From Botryllus schlosseri (taxonomy: Eukaryota): DNA of 64,000 nt. The stretch lies in the NCBI GenBank assembly GCA_051294905.1, contig CM119373.1, positions 808,001 to 872,000 of the forward strand, given 5' to 3'. This document shows positions 13,154 through 24,730 of the stretch, piece after piece. A model generated the notes under the pieces. It worked only from the letters and a program-made list of their open reading frames with translations, was not told the DNA's origin and did not search any database. The translations under genes were made by a program, and so were the position numbers. Position 1 is the first letter of the stretch; each line of letters starts with the position of its first letter.

Positions 13154-13332
13154 TAATAAATATACTGCTACAATGGATGTTGTATTGAAAGCTATATTAA
13201 AGATTCAAGAGACGCAGAGAAGGTTGTGCTTTGTCTTGCATTGAGTACGCGTTGAACGCTACCGGAAAGAAACCCTGTGAGACCTTGCATAAAGTAAATT
13301 GCCTGGGATCGCAATAGTAAACAACTTCAGAC

Positions 13333-13672
13333 ACTTGGCGGTAAAGAGTGGGCCAAGTGAAAACTGCTCTTACGGTACTTGGCGGTAAATAGTGGGCCAA
13401 GTAAACAACTAAGGCTGCTTGGCGGTAAACACTGGGCCAAGTAAACAACTCCAGACACTTGGCGGTAAAGACTGGGCCAAGTGAAACTACTCTTACGGGA
13501 CTTGGTGGTAAATACTAGGCCAAGTTACGGACTAAAGCCCCTGATAATAAACAACTACAGACACTTGGCGGTAAAGACTGGGCCAAGTGAACTGCTCTTA
13601 CGGTACTTGGCGGTAAATACTGGGCCAAGTTATTGTTAAAGGCGGTAAATACTGGGCCAAGTTATTGTTAAA
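13333..13672 (+). repeat. Array of eight ~26-bp hairpin repeats in the BEL 5' leader
   Basis: ACTTGGCGGTAAA(G/T/C)ACTGGGCCAAGT at about 13333, 13377, 13417, 13457, 13500, 13563, 13605 and (partial) 13641. Confidence 0.9.
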
Positions 13673-13692
13673 GAAGTATAGAAGACTGCATC

Positions 13693-15852
13693 ATGAATGA
13701 TACAGAAGAGTTATCTCATGTCGAACAACATGAAGAAGCCGGTACCCAAGCTGTACCGCTAGTGGATACAGAAACAAGACAGAGGATTCCCACAGAAAAG
13801 GGAAAGGATTTTAAAATACAGCAGTTACGTCAGAAACGTAAGTCAGCATTTTCTGTATGTAATAGATCTATCTGCAAACTGCAAGTCTCTATGGCGCATT
13901 CCGATTTGCATATTTGGAAAACCAATAAGGCTGACGTTGAAACTGACTTTGCGACTTGTACAGCAATCCACACTCAATTAGTTGACAGTCTGGAAGATGC
14001 GCAGGAAATTCATACTGCTATGATGTCATTTAATTCACTGCTCGAATGTTATAACAAAACAATGGCTCGCATTGAAGATGCCATACAACGTCTTGAAATG
14101 AAGGAAGACGATGCTATATCACTTGGAGAAAGTGCTAATAGCCGTGCACACTCTACTTCCTCCAGGAGGTCAGTAAGATCCAATAAGTCCCGTTCTTCAA
14201 TGGTGTTGAAGATTTCTGAAGCGGCTGCAGACAAAGCTGCCTGTGAAGCGGAACTATTGTATGTCGAAAAGGAGAATATGCTGCAAGCCAAGATATCAAG
14301 TAAGCAAACGGAAATGGAGGCCGAAATTGCCAAACAAAGAGAAATGGAGGCTGAAATTGCCAGACAAAGAGATAAATTAAAGGCAGATATGGAAGACACC
14401 AGAGCAAAAATGCAATTAGAACTGGACAAATTGAAGATTCAGAAAGAAAGAGCGAAGGCAGAAGCTAGAGAGAATGTTCTCGCTGAAGACCAGGAAAACA
14501 GATCCTTGAGTGGTCGAAGTAACTCAAGTAAGTTGCGTTATCATAATTCTAGTTTGATTCCGCACTCGATTGAACTGCAGCAGCCTACCACTGTTATATC
14601 GCCACAAACTGCTGCTCCTGTGTGTAACGTGTCAGTTGGCTCATTGCCTCAAAATCAACATAGTAACGCAAATCTATGTGTCAAGCCAAGAGTTGTATTA
14701 CCAGCAGAAGAGTTGAGTGTCTTTGATGGAACGATTCCTTTGAAATATCCAATTTGGAGAAGTCGATTTAGAGACTTGATTGAAAGTAATGTTTTCGAAG
14801 CTAGTCGAAGAATTAATTATCTCATGAATTATACTGCTGGAGAAGCAAGAGAATCCATTGAAGGATATATTATTGATGCCACTGATGAAAGCTACCTCGA
14901 AGCAATGGCAACTTTGGACAGATGGTATGGTGATAAATTGGCGATTTATCAAGAGTATATAAGACTAAAATTCAGAATTGGCCAGTTATTTCGACGAATG
15001 ACGGAGGCAAAAGCATTCGAAAATTTTCCAATTTCTTGAACAGTTGCAAGCGTCTCATACCGAAGGAAGGTACCCGACCTATGCTGGATGATGAGGAGTT
15101 GAATCAGAAATTGTCAATCAAACTTCCGAGAACTGTTAGAGAAGCCTGGTCTAGAAAGGTATTCGCTTACAAAGAGAGACGGAAGTTGACAATTGAGGAA
15201 GCTGCAGGAAAGGGCATGTCAGTACCTGACATACCTAGCTTTCCTCCATTCAAGATGTTCACCGAACACGTAGAAGAAGAAGCTTTCATTGCATCTCAAC
15301 CTGTTGTTGGGACCGCAGTTGGGATCAGATTGTTGCCGAGCAAAGGAAGAGTAACCCTCAGCAGAGCCGCAACAAATATGTTAAAGCAACACGAGCATTT
15401 ACCACAAATGTGAGTAATTCTGATAAAAATGAGCTGATAAAGGGTGACCGTGGTCATACAAAGCCATGCCTATTGTGCCAAAATCTACATTCAGTGGATG
15501 CATGCATTGAATTAAAAAACAAAGCTTATGAAGTAAAGATTGAATTCATTAAGAAAGAAGGATTTTATGCTTTCGATGCTTGAGACATGGACACATATCA
15601 CGGTTCTGTCGAAATCCTCTTCATTGTTCGATATGTGAGAAAAATCATCCGACGTCACTACACTCAAATAATTCAAGGTCGCAAAATGCTGCACGCAATG
15701 GGACGCAATCCTTGCAAACTGAAAGGGATAAACCAGATGGTATGAGAGCCACATGTTTGATGGCGTCTGCCACAAAAAGAGTTCGAACTACTAGAATAGT
15801 TCCAGTGTACGTTTTTCAAAGAGACAATCCTAGCGTGAAATTGAAGACTTAA
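13693..15852 (+). pseudogene. BEL/Pao Gag with frameshifts
   Basis: Coiled-coil region; LSVFDG...YPIWRSRF...NYLMNYTAGEARE; zinc knuckles (HGHISRFC, CSICEKNHPTSLH) across ORFs 13693..15039, 15036..15413 and 15580..15852. Confidence 0.9.
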
Positions 15853-18800
15853 TGTGCATTGGATGAGCACAGTGATGCCTGTTTCATTTCGGAAAACTTG
15901 TGTAAAGCGATGGATGTGAAAGGTATCGAAACCACGACCCGAGTTGATTGTCTGGGTACTGGAAGTACCTCAAAGGCATTGAAGGTTAAGTCGTTATTCA
16001 TCGAAAGTTTGGACTGTAACTCATTGGCCTTGCCAGCCTGCTATTCTCGTGAAGAGATTCCAGTCAATACAAAACAAATTGTGACACGAGAAATTGCATC
16101 GAGTGATCCAAGTTATGCTGAGATTTTGAAAGAATTACCAGAGTTCGATGGTAATATTGAAGTCGGACTTCTGTTGGGAACCGATTGTCCTAAGGCACTC
16201 AAGCCTACTGAAGTGATATCAAGTATGAAGTCTGATAGCTATGCTGTAAAAACTTTAATGGGCTGGAGCATAGTTGGATTGACATCAGGAGCAAGACAAC
16301 CTGATGAGCGATACTGTAATAGAATCCAGAGTCAAGAGATGACTGAAAGTAATTTGGTGCCATTGTACAGTACCAAAGAGATGATATCGCCTAAAGCAAT
16401 TGCTCAAAGTTTTGAACTTGATTTTTCTGAGTACAGGAAGAACTCGAATTCGTTCATGGGAGGTACATTTCCTGCGAATGAAATGATATCGGACAGAAAA
16501 TTCATGGAGAAATGTGAAAATAGTATCAAGTTCACTGAGCAAGGGCGTTACGAGTTGTCACTACCGTTTAAGAGTGACAACCCAATTATTACAGATAACA
16601 AGCCACTGGCATTGCAACGTTTGAAGAGTATCAAGAAGCGTATGAAGCAAGACGCTCAGTTCAAGATGCATTATTTTGAGTTTGTCAACAAACTGATAAA
16701 GAAAGGTCATGCTGTTCGAGTAGACAAGAATGACCATGGAATTGTTGGCAAGAAATGGTACTTGATACATCACGGAGTTTATCATCCGATGAAACCTGGA
16801 AAAATCAGAGTGGTGTATGATGGCAGCGCCAAGTTCCAAGGCGTTTCTCTGAATGATCTACTGCTTACTGGACCTTGCCTTACCAATAAGCTGATTGATG
16901 TATTGATGAGATTGCCTTACCAATAAGCTGATTGATGTATTGATGAGATTCCGTAAGGGAAGTTATTGTTGGACCGCAGATTTGGAGCAGATGTTTTATT
17001 CAGTGAATCTGTCTCCCAACCATCAAGACTTCTTCAGATTCCTGTTCTGGGAAAATGATATTGAAGGTGAACCCATCGCGTATAAAATGAACGTTCACAG
17101 CTTCGGAATATCCAGCAGTCCAGGCTGTAGCATCTTCGCGTTGATCAAGACTGCGCAAGAAAATACGAAGGAATTCGGAGACTCAATTGCTAAGGTAATA
17201 TTGAGCCATTCCTATGTTGACGATATTTTATGTAGTGGAGATGATATTGAAATGATGGCATCCTATGCCAAATTGACGAAGGACATGTGCAAACGTGGCG
17301 GCTTCAAACTAACAAAGTATGCTGCTAATCATCCGATGATTTTGAAACAAATTCCTACTGAGGAATGTTGTATTGAAGCGACAAACTTGGAAGGATAGCA
17401 TGCACCTCCTCCCATTTTGAGAACTCTTGGAGTTGAATGGTCAATAGAACATGACAGTTTCATGTTTCGCATAACTTTGAAGGACCGTCCATTCACAAGA
17501 CGAGGTATTTTGGCAACGGTTTCCAGTGTTTGGGATCCGCTGGGATTTCTCAGTCTTGTTTTGCTTGAAGGAAAACAGATATTGCAAGCACTTACAATCA
17601 TGATTGGGACGATGAAGTTCCAGAACAACTACGTCCAAGATGGGAAAAGTGGCGCATGGGATTACCAGAGTTGGCAGATCTTAAAATCAAAAGATGCTTT
17701 AAGCCTCAAGATTTTGGAGAGTTGAAGAAGGTGGAGCTTCACCACGTCAGTGATGCATCAAGTTATGCATATGGTCAGTGTTCTTATTTGAGATTGATTG
17801 ATGAGTATGACCGCATTCATTGCTCACTTGTAATGGCGAAAGCAAGAGTTGCACCATTGAAATCTGTGTCGATACCGAGACTAGAATTGACTGCAGCTTT
17901 GGTGTCTGCAAGAATCAGTACTATTCTCAAAGAAGAGCTTGAATATGAAAATGTGACTCAAGTATAGTGACAGTAAGTTCTTGGATACATATCAAATGAA
18001 TCAGAGAGATTTCACATTTATGTTGCTAATCGCGTGCAAGAGATTCGTGACAAGAGTGATCCGGGGAATTGGTATCACATTCAGTCAAAGTGCAATGTTG
18101 CAGATGAAGTATCTCGTGGCATGAATCCGTCTGAACTGACAGCAACTTGTCGATTTGTGAATGGACCGGAATTTTTGTGGAACGAGATTGAACTTGCCAA
18201 GAAGTTAAGAGCAAGTCAACAGTGAATTGGAACACAATGATCCCGAAGTGAGAAAAACGGTATTAAAGACAAAATGTCAGGAACAGCGCAACTTGTCAGA
18301 GTTGATGCTGAAGTTTTCAAGAATGGAAAAGGCCGTAAGATTTGTCATGGTTATGAAAAAAATTCGTGCAATATTTGAGAAGGAAGTCACCAGCTGTGAT
18401 TAAGCAACAGTTCGAAAGTAATTTCACTGTTAAAGATGCGCATGGTGCGAAAATTGAATTGATCAAGATGGCTCAAAGAGAAGCCTATCCTGAAGAAATT
18501 GAAGTTCTGGAAAGAAAACGCAATGTAAAGAGGAGCTCTCCTCTTTCTAAGCTGAAGCCATGTTTGGATGCTGATGGAGTGTTACGAGTTGGTGGTAGAT
18601 TAGATGCTGCCAATTTGTCTGAAGAATTGAAGCATCCTGTGATTTTGCCAAAATCACACCATGTTACGACTTTGATGATCAGAGATATTCATGAAAGAAC
18701 ACATCATCAAGGAAGAGGCATAACGCAGAATGCCATCAGAGAAAATGGTTATTGGATAGTTGGTGGAAGATCTTTTGTTTCCACAGTAATTGCAAATTGT

Positions 18801-19834
18801 GTGACATGCAAGAGACGGAGGGGAAAGTTCGTGGAGCAGCTTATGGCTGATCTTCCGTCCGATAGATCTGAAGTGGGACCTGCATTTTCGTTTTGTGCAT
18901 GCGATATATTTGGACCTTTCATCATCAAACAAGGAAGAAAGGAGCTAAAGAGGTATGGAGTTCTGTTTACTTGTCTTACTAGCAGAGCAGTAAGAATTGA
19001 AGTAGCTCCAAGTCTGGAGACTGACAGTTTCATAAATGTGTTGAGACGCTTTATATGTCGAAATGGACCAATCCGACAACTGAGATGTGATAGAGGATCT
19101 AATTTTATTGGAGCTTCAAGAGAGTTGAAGCAATCATTCGAATTGATGAACGAAAATAAAGTTTGTGAGTTTGTGATTATTTTCCATTCAAGTTTAATGT
19201 ACCCTTGGCTAGTTCACAAGGGGGAGTTTGGGAACGTCAAATCAGATCGATTCGTGCTGTACTAAACACGCTTCTTGTCAAGCATGGACAGCAATTGGAC
19301 GAAGATTCTTTGTCCACATTCATGGCTGAAGCTGAGGCTATCGTCAACTGCAGACCTTTGACTGTGGAGAATTTATCAAGCATTGATGGTCCGCTACCGT
19401 TGACACCTAATCATATACTTACTGGGAAGTCAAAGTTGGTTTTGTCTCCACCTGGATACTTCGGAAGACCTGATCTTTACGCGAGAAAGCGTTGAAGAAG
19501 AGTGCAACATTTGGCAAATGAATTTTGGCAACGATTTCGAAAGGAATTTTTGCAGAATTTGCAACTACGCAGCAAATGGAATGACACCAAGCGAAATCTT
19601 GAAATTGATTATATTGTGATCGTAGCTGACGACAGCGTGGCAAGAAATTTCTGGAAGTTGGGAAGAATCGTGAAGGTGTACCCTGATGAAGATAGTCATG
19701 TTCGCAAAGTTCAATGCAGAATGGCTAATCATGCATTGGATAACAGAGGGAGGCCTGTGACTGAGACTGTTTTGCTGGATCGACCGATCCAAAAATTGAT
19801 TTTGTACCTCAAGTCTGAGAACTATAGGGATTGA
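15853..19834 (+). pseudogene. BEL/Pao Pol (protease, RT, RNase H, integrase) with several stops and frameshifts
   Basis: LDEHSD...LLLGTD; WYLIHHGV...KIRVVYDGS; ADLEQMF; YVDD; HVSDAS...AKARVAP...IPRLEL; H-H-C-C; CDIFGP; RCDRGSNF; GGVWER. Confidence 0.95.
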
Positions 19835-22189
19835 TTCCCGACAAGGAGCCACTTTGTATATTGTGTTAGTTTCGTTTGAGTGTTTAGAAATGCAACATTT
19901 CTAGGGAAGCCATGTTAGAGACGTAGTATCTATGTTTAGATTGTGCAGTTGTGCATCATTCACATTTAGTTAGGACCCTTTGATGTCATGTCCGGCTGGA
20001 TACATTTCGTATAGTAGTTGGCGCGAATTTGTAGTGAGAGTAGAGCCAGGAAAGTTGTTTACCGTATTCTATTCGTAAGACATTGTGTCAACTTATTAAA
20101 GATTCAAGAGACGCAGAGAAGGTTGTGCTTTGTCTTGCATTGAGCACGCGTTGAACACTACCGGAAAGAAACCCTGTGAGACCTTGCATATAGTAATTTG
20201 CCTGGGATCGCAATAATCCGCATTTCTTTCCTTTTCTTCGGATAACATTTCCAAGACGCCAATATCTTCTTCGAAATGAGTGTGATCTGATAATATCTCT
20301 TTTTCACTAGCGGCTTAACACAGAAGTCTATTTACAAGAGAGCTGAAATATGGCCTTGAAGAAGTACTTGTGTTGTATTGCCAAAATCGAATTTGTATGT
20401 TCGCTCCGCGTGAAAACCTCAGATAAACATGCTGTACGTTATATATGAAGTCTTCTTCTGAAGGATAGGTTTCGTTGTGATATTGCTATGAGGGATCATT
20501 GCACAACTATTGTTATGGGGGATCATTGCACAACTAACTTCACTGCCACCAATGGAAATCGCACATGAGCCTTTTTTAATGCAAAGCCAGCATAGTGGAG
20601 TGTTGCACTTTCAAATCGTCCAACTTCATCCCCAACCAATTTTTTCTCTTTGCATACCACCAATTAAATCAATTCATCCAAGTGCTTGAGCAATTAGTCT
20701 TGTCGACCTCTGATCTGCTGCTTGGAGCATCGGTGTTGCTGAATCAGTTTGAAGGAATGTAACCTGACCTGCCTCATTTTGTTGGATGCCATATGAGGTT
20801 AAAGTGATCCGCTCATCAATATCTTTGACTATATCCTCCGTAGAAGCTTGACAAATATTGTCATTCACCTTATTCACAACACACTTAAGAATGGGTCCGT
20901 CTACTTTGTGCCTTTCAGCTACTAATCTATATGTCGCAGCTATTTCAACTATGTCGGATGTCGTTTATGTGCGCATGTACTACCAGCAATCAGCAGATGT
21001 GGTCAAACTCAAGTACTTTGATAGTGCCTTTCAGTAGTGCCAATTCAAGTAGTTACCCTCAACAGTTTCTCAAGTAGAAGTAATATGTACTTCAAACAGG
21101 AGAGGAGTGACGTGGAATTCGACTTGAAGGTGGTGTTTTTCGGTACAGCTCCTAAGTCTAGTAGAATCTACTTCCTCCTAAAAATACTATGCTAGTACTT
21201 CGGAAACTCAACAAATATACGCTCTCATTGACTGTCAAAATCTGGAAAATTCTGTTTACGGACGTAGTTGGTGGGTACGCACTGCAAAATCACACCAGGA
21301 ATAATCTAAAACCCTTCGGGACCTTTCCGATTAATTCGATCAAGCAAGCAATTCATTCATGGTTAAGGCTAGATCTGAACTATATATAATGCTTGGGAAC
21401 CTTTTTTGGTAAGTACTGATGGTTTTGAAGATCAAAGTTCAGCTCTGTTATTAGTAGCCTTACAATTAAACACCCACGGAATACACGATCTCCTTCTCTC
21501 GCGCCACATATCGACCATTTGCGAAAATATGCAATTCCATATCAACTAACGAAACTGATTTTAATTCATACATCAAAGTTTGTTCAGCAGAACCCTTAAT
21601 CACAGGCATTTGATGTGTTTGATGACAATTCGCGTATTACCTAGCTTACAAAAACCCCATCAAAGCAAAAAATGTGAGTAAATACTTTATTTATAATCGG
21701 TTGATACAGAAGTCATTTTATTATTTGGTAAAGTTACTCGAGGAATAAAGTTCAAGAAATCCTGCTAAACCTGTTCCTCACGCTCTCTGGTCATGCCGGT
21801 CCAATCCCAGTGCTGGATGACAAATTTGTCGCTGCAACTGATCTCTTGATACGGTCCAGTTAGATAGTTTAACTTCAAAAGTAACTGCTGTGTCCGAGGT
21901 ATTGATCAGTTTAGGAAATTTCTGAATTTTCATTTCAATTTATCGCTTTATTACATGCATTTGTACTCTTATTGGTACAAAATTGGTTTGTTAATTGTTG
22001 GTATTGGTCCGCAGAAGACATATTTTGCCATTTTCAAACTTTGTTTTTAACAAGTTGACAAAATGCCTTGCGACTCGAATGTTCAACGGCGGGCATTCTT
22101 CATTGCAACATGCAATAATTCCATTTCGAAGTTGCCCGAACTCGGCTTCCATGGCACTGTCGAGAAGACGGCAAGAACACGTGTTTCAG

Positions 22190-22440
22190 TAAACTGTATA
22201 TATCCTCTGCACTGAAATTCATGTGTTTGAATATTAGGATGGATCGTTCACCAACCAGTTCATTCAGTTCAGTTCCTTCTGATATATTTGGGAACACTGG
22301 CTTCTGGGGTAACATTGGCTGTTCGGAAAACAAATTATAAGCTTCATAAATTTTGTGCGCAATGATTTGTTTTTCTGCACTCTGGATCGTGTCGTCGCCC
22401 GTCGTAAAGTTATACTGCTGATAATCATGTAATTTGTCTC
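22190..22440 (-). mobile_element. hATm-like transposase C-terminal fragment
   Basis: ...AEKQIIAHKI...KPVFPNI...ELNELVGERSILIF resembles, from memory, the hATm C-terminal region. Confidence 0.4.
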
Positions 22441-22454
22441 TTGATTTTGAGCGA

Positions 22455-22687
22455 CAATGGTCTTATTTTCAAGCGATTTCAGTCTTAATTTTGAGACGAA
22501 GAGTTCTTAAAATGATTTTTTGTAAAAAAAAGTCTTATTTTCAAGCATTTTCGGTCTTAATTTTGAGACTAAAAATTCTTGTTAAGACCGATTTTAGTCT
22601 TTAAGACCGATTGTTCTTCAAGACATTTTTTCATAAAAAGTCACTTTAAGACAATAAGACCAAAATTGTCTTATTATTTTTGTAGTG
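22455..22687. mobile_element. One end of a CACTA/EnSpm-like non-autonomous element
   Basis: Ends TTTTGTAGTG (CACTACAAAA on the minus strand), with many AAGAC/GTCTT subterminal repeats. Confidence 0.55.
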
Positions 22688-22999
22688 TGAGTATATCCAT
22701 GAGGCCCTGAAAACCAAGATTATTGATAACAATGCTTTTCGAAGACAAAGCCACCAATGAAGAAATTGCAAAGGTTTTGACAAAATATTCTGAAGAAGAG
22801 ATCAAGACCAAGCCAATATGGAACTGCGTCTGTCGTGAAATTTACTCGAAAAAATGCTCGAAAATTCAGATGAGAAATCAATTTAGGAAAGTTCAAGAGA
22901 GAATACTAAGCAACATGCCGACAATTCTGAATATAAGAGCAAGTTTGTTGGAACGAGAGGTAAGTGATATTTCTCACTTTTCAAATTTGAACACTTTTT

Positions 23000-23280
23000 A
23001 AAATTTCAAATTTGCCAAATTCAAATCTGGCAAAAAACGAAAATTTTCAACTCAAGATCTAAATTGAAGTCTGCTAGCAATTCTATACTTATTCCGGACA
23101 TTTCAAAAGTATTCATTGTGGATTGCCTGACAGAAATGCATCGCAATATATTTTTCAAGGTCAGAAATCTGAAGCGTGAACTAGACTGACTACCTATGGA
23201 CAAAGAATGGCAAAGTTCTTCTAAGACTCAGTGCCCCAGTTCCAATTAAGAATGAAGAAGATCTTGAAAAGATGAAGTAA
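23000..23280 (+). pseudogene. CR1/L2-type LINE ORF1 C-terminal (FP25K-like) remnant
   Basis: KIFNSRSKLK...KVFIVDCLTEMHRNIFFKVRNLKRE / YLWTKNGKVLLR...IKNEEDLEKMK*, read across frameshifts. Confidence 0.75.
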
Positions 23281-23379
23281 TTTACAACGTCAGCCACCAC
23301 TGGTTCTGAACATGTAAGCCTACATTTAAATATGGCTTCTGACCACCCACAACAGGTCAACGCGATCAACTTGATATCT

Positions 23380-23900
23380 CAGACTTTGAATACGACAACG
23401 TATAAGATATCAGATTCAAGCTCTTGAACAATCGCTCGCGTACACTTATACATCCCCAGTATAATTGGTACCTCTGAAACCAGACTGCCAGAGTGACCCC
23501 CCCCCCCACCAATATACACCTAAATGGGTGTACATTTAATTTACTCCCCATCTCCCACCAGGGCAGGGGGTGTAAGCCTTGTATATAAAAACCTTTACGA
23601 TCCGATATAGTGGATTCTTATAGGCTAGATATTTCTGGCATTGACCAAGTATGGGTCCAAATTGACTCTACTATAACAAGCTTGGCTAACTAACTAGACC
23701 AACGGATATCATACATCTTATCTGACAAAGTACGCCTCTTTTGTACTATACTTCGTACTTTCCTCATTAACAAATTTTTCTACCTATATGCTTTGCATGC
23801 AATCCAGTTAACAACTTGTCTACAATAATATCACTATCTTCAACCTAAAACCCCTACCAGAAAGTTCTTTCCGACAATACATGATTACTCATATATTGAC
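23380..23900 (+). pseudogene. AP endonuclease (LINE-type) remnant
   Basis: PSIIGTSETRL, NIHLNGCTF, SPTRAGGVSL/YIK, LDISGIDQVWVQI and QPKTPTR occur in the expected order. Confidence 0.75.
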
Positions 23901-24009
23901 ACGAGGTATATGAGTAATCGATTGAATGAAACAACGCTGAAACCTTATTCATACCACAGATGATTCACAGCAACGGACAGGAACTTCACCTGGAACAAGA
24001 CACGTTCCT

Positions 24010-24540
24010 AACCCACTTCGTGCCAAGAGACGGGACATGCTTTTTCACGCTGTTGTTGATCAACTACAATTCGGACAAATTGCTAATTTATAGGATTCAA
24101 AGTCAATTAGGAAATATGCAAGCAAAGAAATTTATAACAACTGGGACCAACTGAAAGAATTTATAGAATACAACCAACAGGACGAATACTTGAAAAAGAT
24201 TGAAGAAGATGATTTTTACGCGGGCCACTTCCTGATACAGGCAACTGCATATTTTCTAAAAACAAACATTAAAATTTTTCAATTTACGGGTACCAGCACA
24301 CAGAATGATATATATTTGGCAGATATACCGATTCACCCACCCTCTCCCTTGCCCTACAAAACCTCCACTTCTGGAGCCTCCGCCCTTCCGCCTTAGCCAA
24401 CCAGACATCCTCACGCACCCTTGCGAAACCGACACCACTCCCCTTCTCACTGGTAAACCTAGCCGATCGGTTCCTGACCCTCCCGCATCCACCCTCACAT
24501 AACATTTGAGTGATGGCAACCCATAGCTATTTCGTCTTCT
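24010..24540 (+). pseudogene. OTU-like cysteine protease domain remnant
   Basis: VPRDGTCF/FHAVVDQL...SIRKYASKEI...EFIE...EYLKKIEEDDFYAGHFLIQATAYFLKTNIKIF; the DGxC catalytic box is visible, the His box is degraded. Confidence 0.75.
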
Positions 24541-24730
24541 ACCCTCTTGCTATCATAATTTTAAAAAGAAAACTATCAAAAAACTACTCGGAACTATCCA
24601 TACCCACTTCATTTCATTTCACTACTACTTACCTATTCCCGATACCGACATTACCATACCCTACCAACACAACTCCTTCGATATCTCCAACCCATCCCGT
24701 TTACTCTATATTACAAACCTAACCCAAAAT

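Larger units (their letters stand above)
12303..13194 (-). mobile_element. 5'-truncated Penelope-like element with inverted terminal (pLTR) copy, inserted in the BEL 5' LTR
   Basis: Flanking duplication TATTAAAGATTCAA (12289-12302, 13195-13208). About 143-bp inverted repeat (12329-12471 versus 13055-13198). GIY-YIG ORF in between. Confidence 0.93.
12108..20215 (+). mobile_element. Full-length, disabled BEL/Pao LTR retrotransposon
   Basis: 303-bp LTRs (3' LTR 19913-20215; 5' LTR 12108-13316, interrupted), about 7 mismatches by eye. 5-bp TSD ATCCG (12103-12107, 20216-20220). PPT AGGGAAGCCA. Gag-PR-RT-RH-INT order with BEL-type motifs. Confidence 0.97.

Noticed and set aside
13333..13672. CRISPR-like array of palindromic repeats
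   Set aside because: Linkers recur and vary in length, there are no cas genes, and the array lies in a eukaryotic LTR retrotransposon leader.
14049..19852. Minus-strand ORFs within the BEL element
   Set aside because: Antisense shadows of Gag and Pol.
22723..23001. 92-aa ORF as the N-terminal part of the LINE ORF1
   Set aside because: No ORF1 motif is recognisable and it contains a GTAAGT donor-like site; linkage to the downstream ORF1 remnant cannot be shown.
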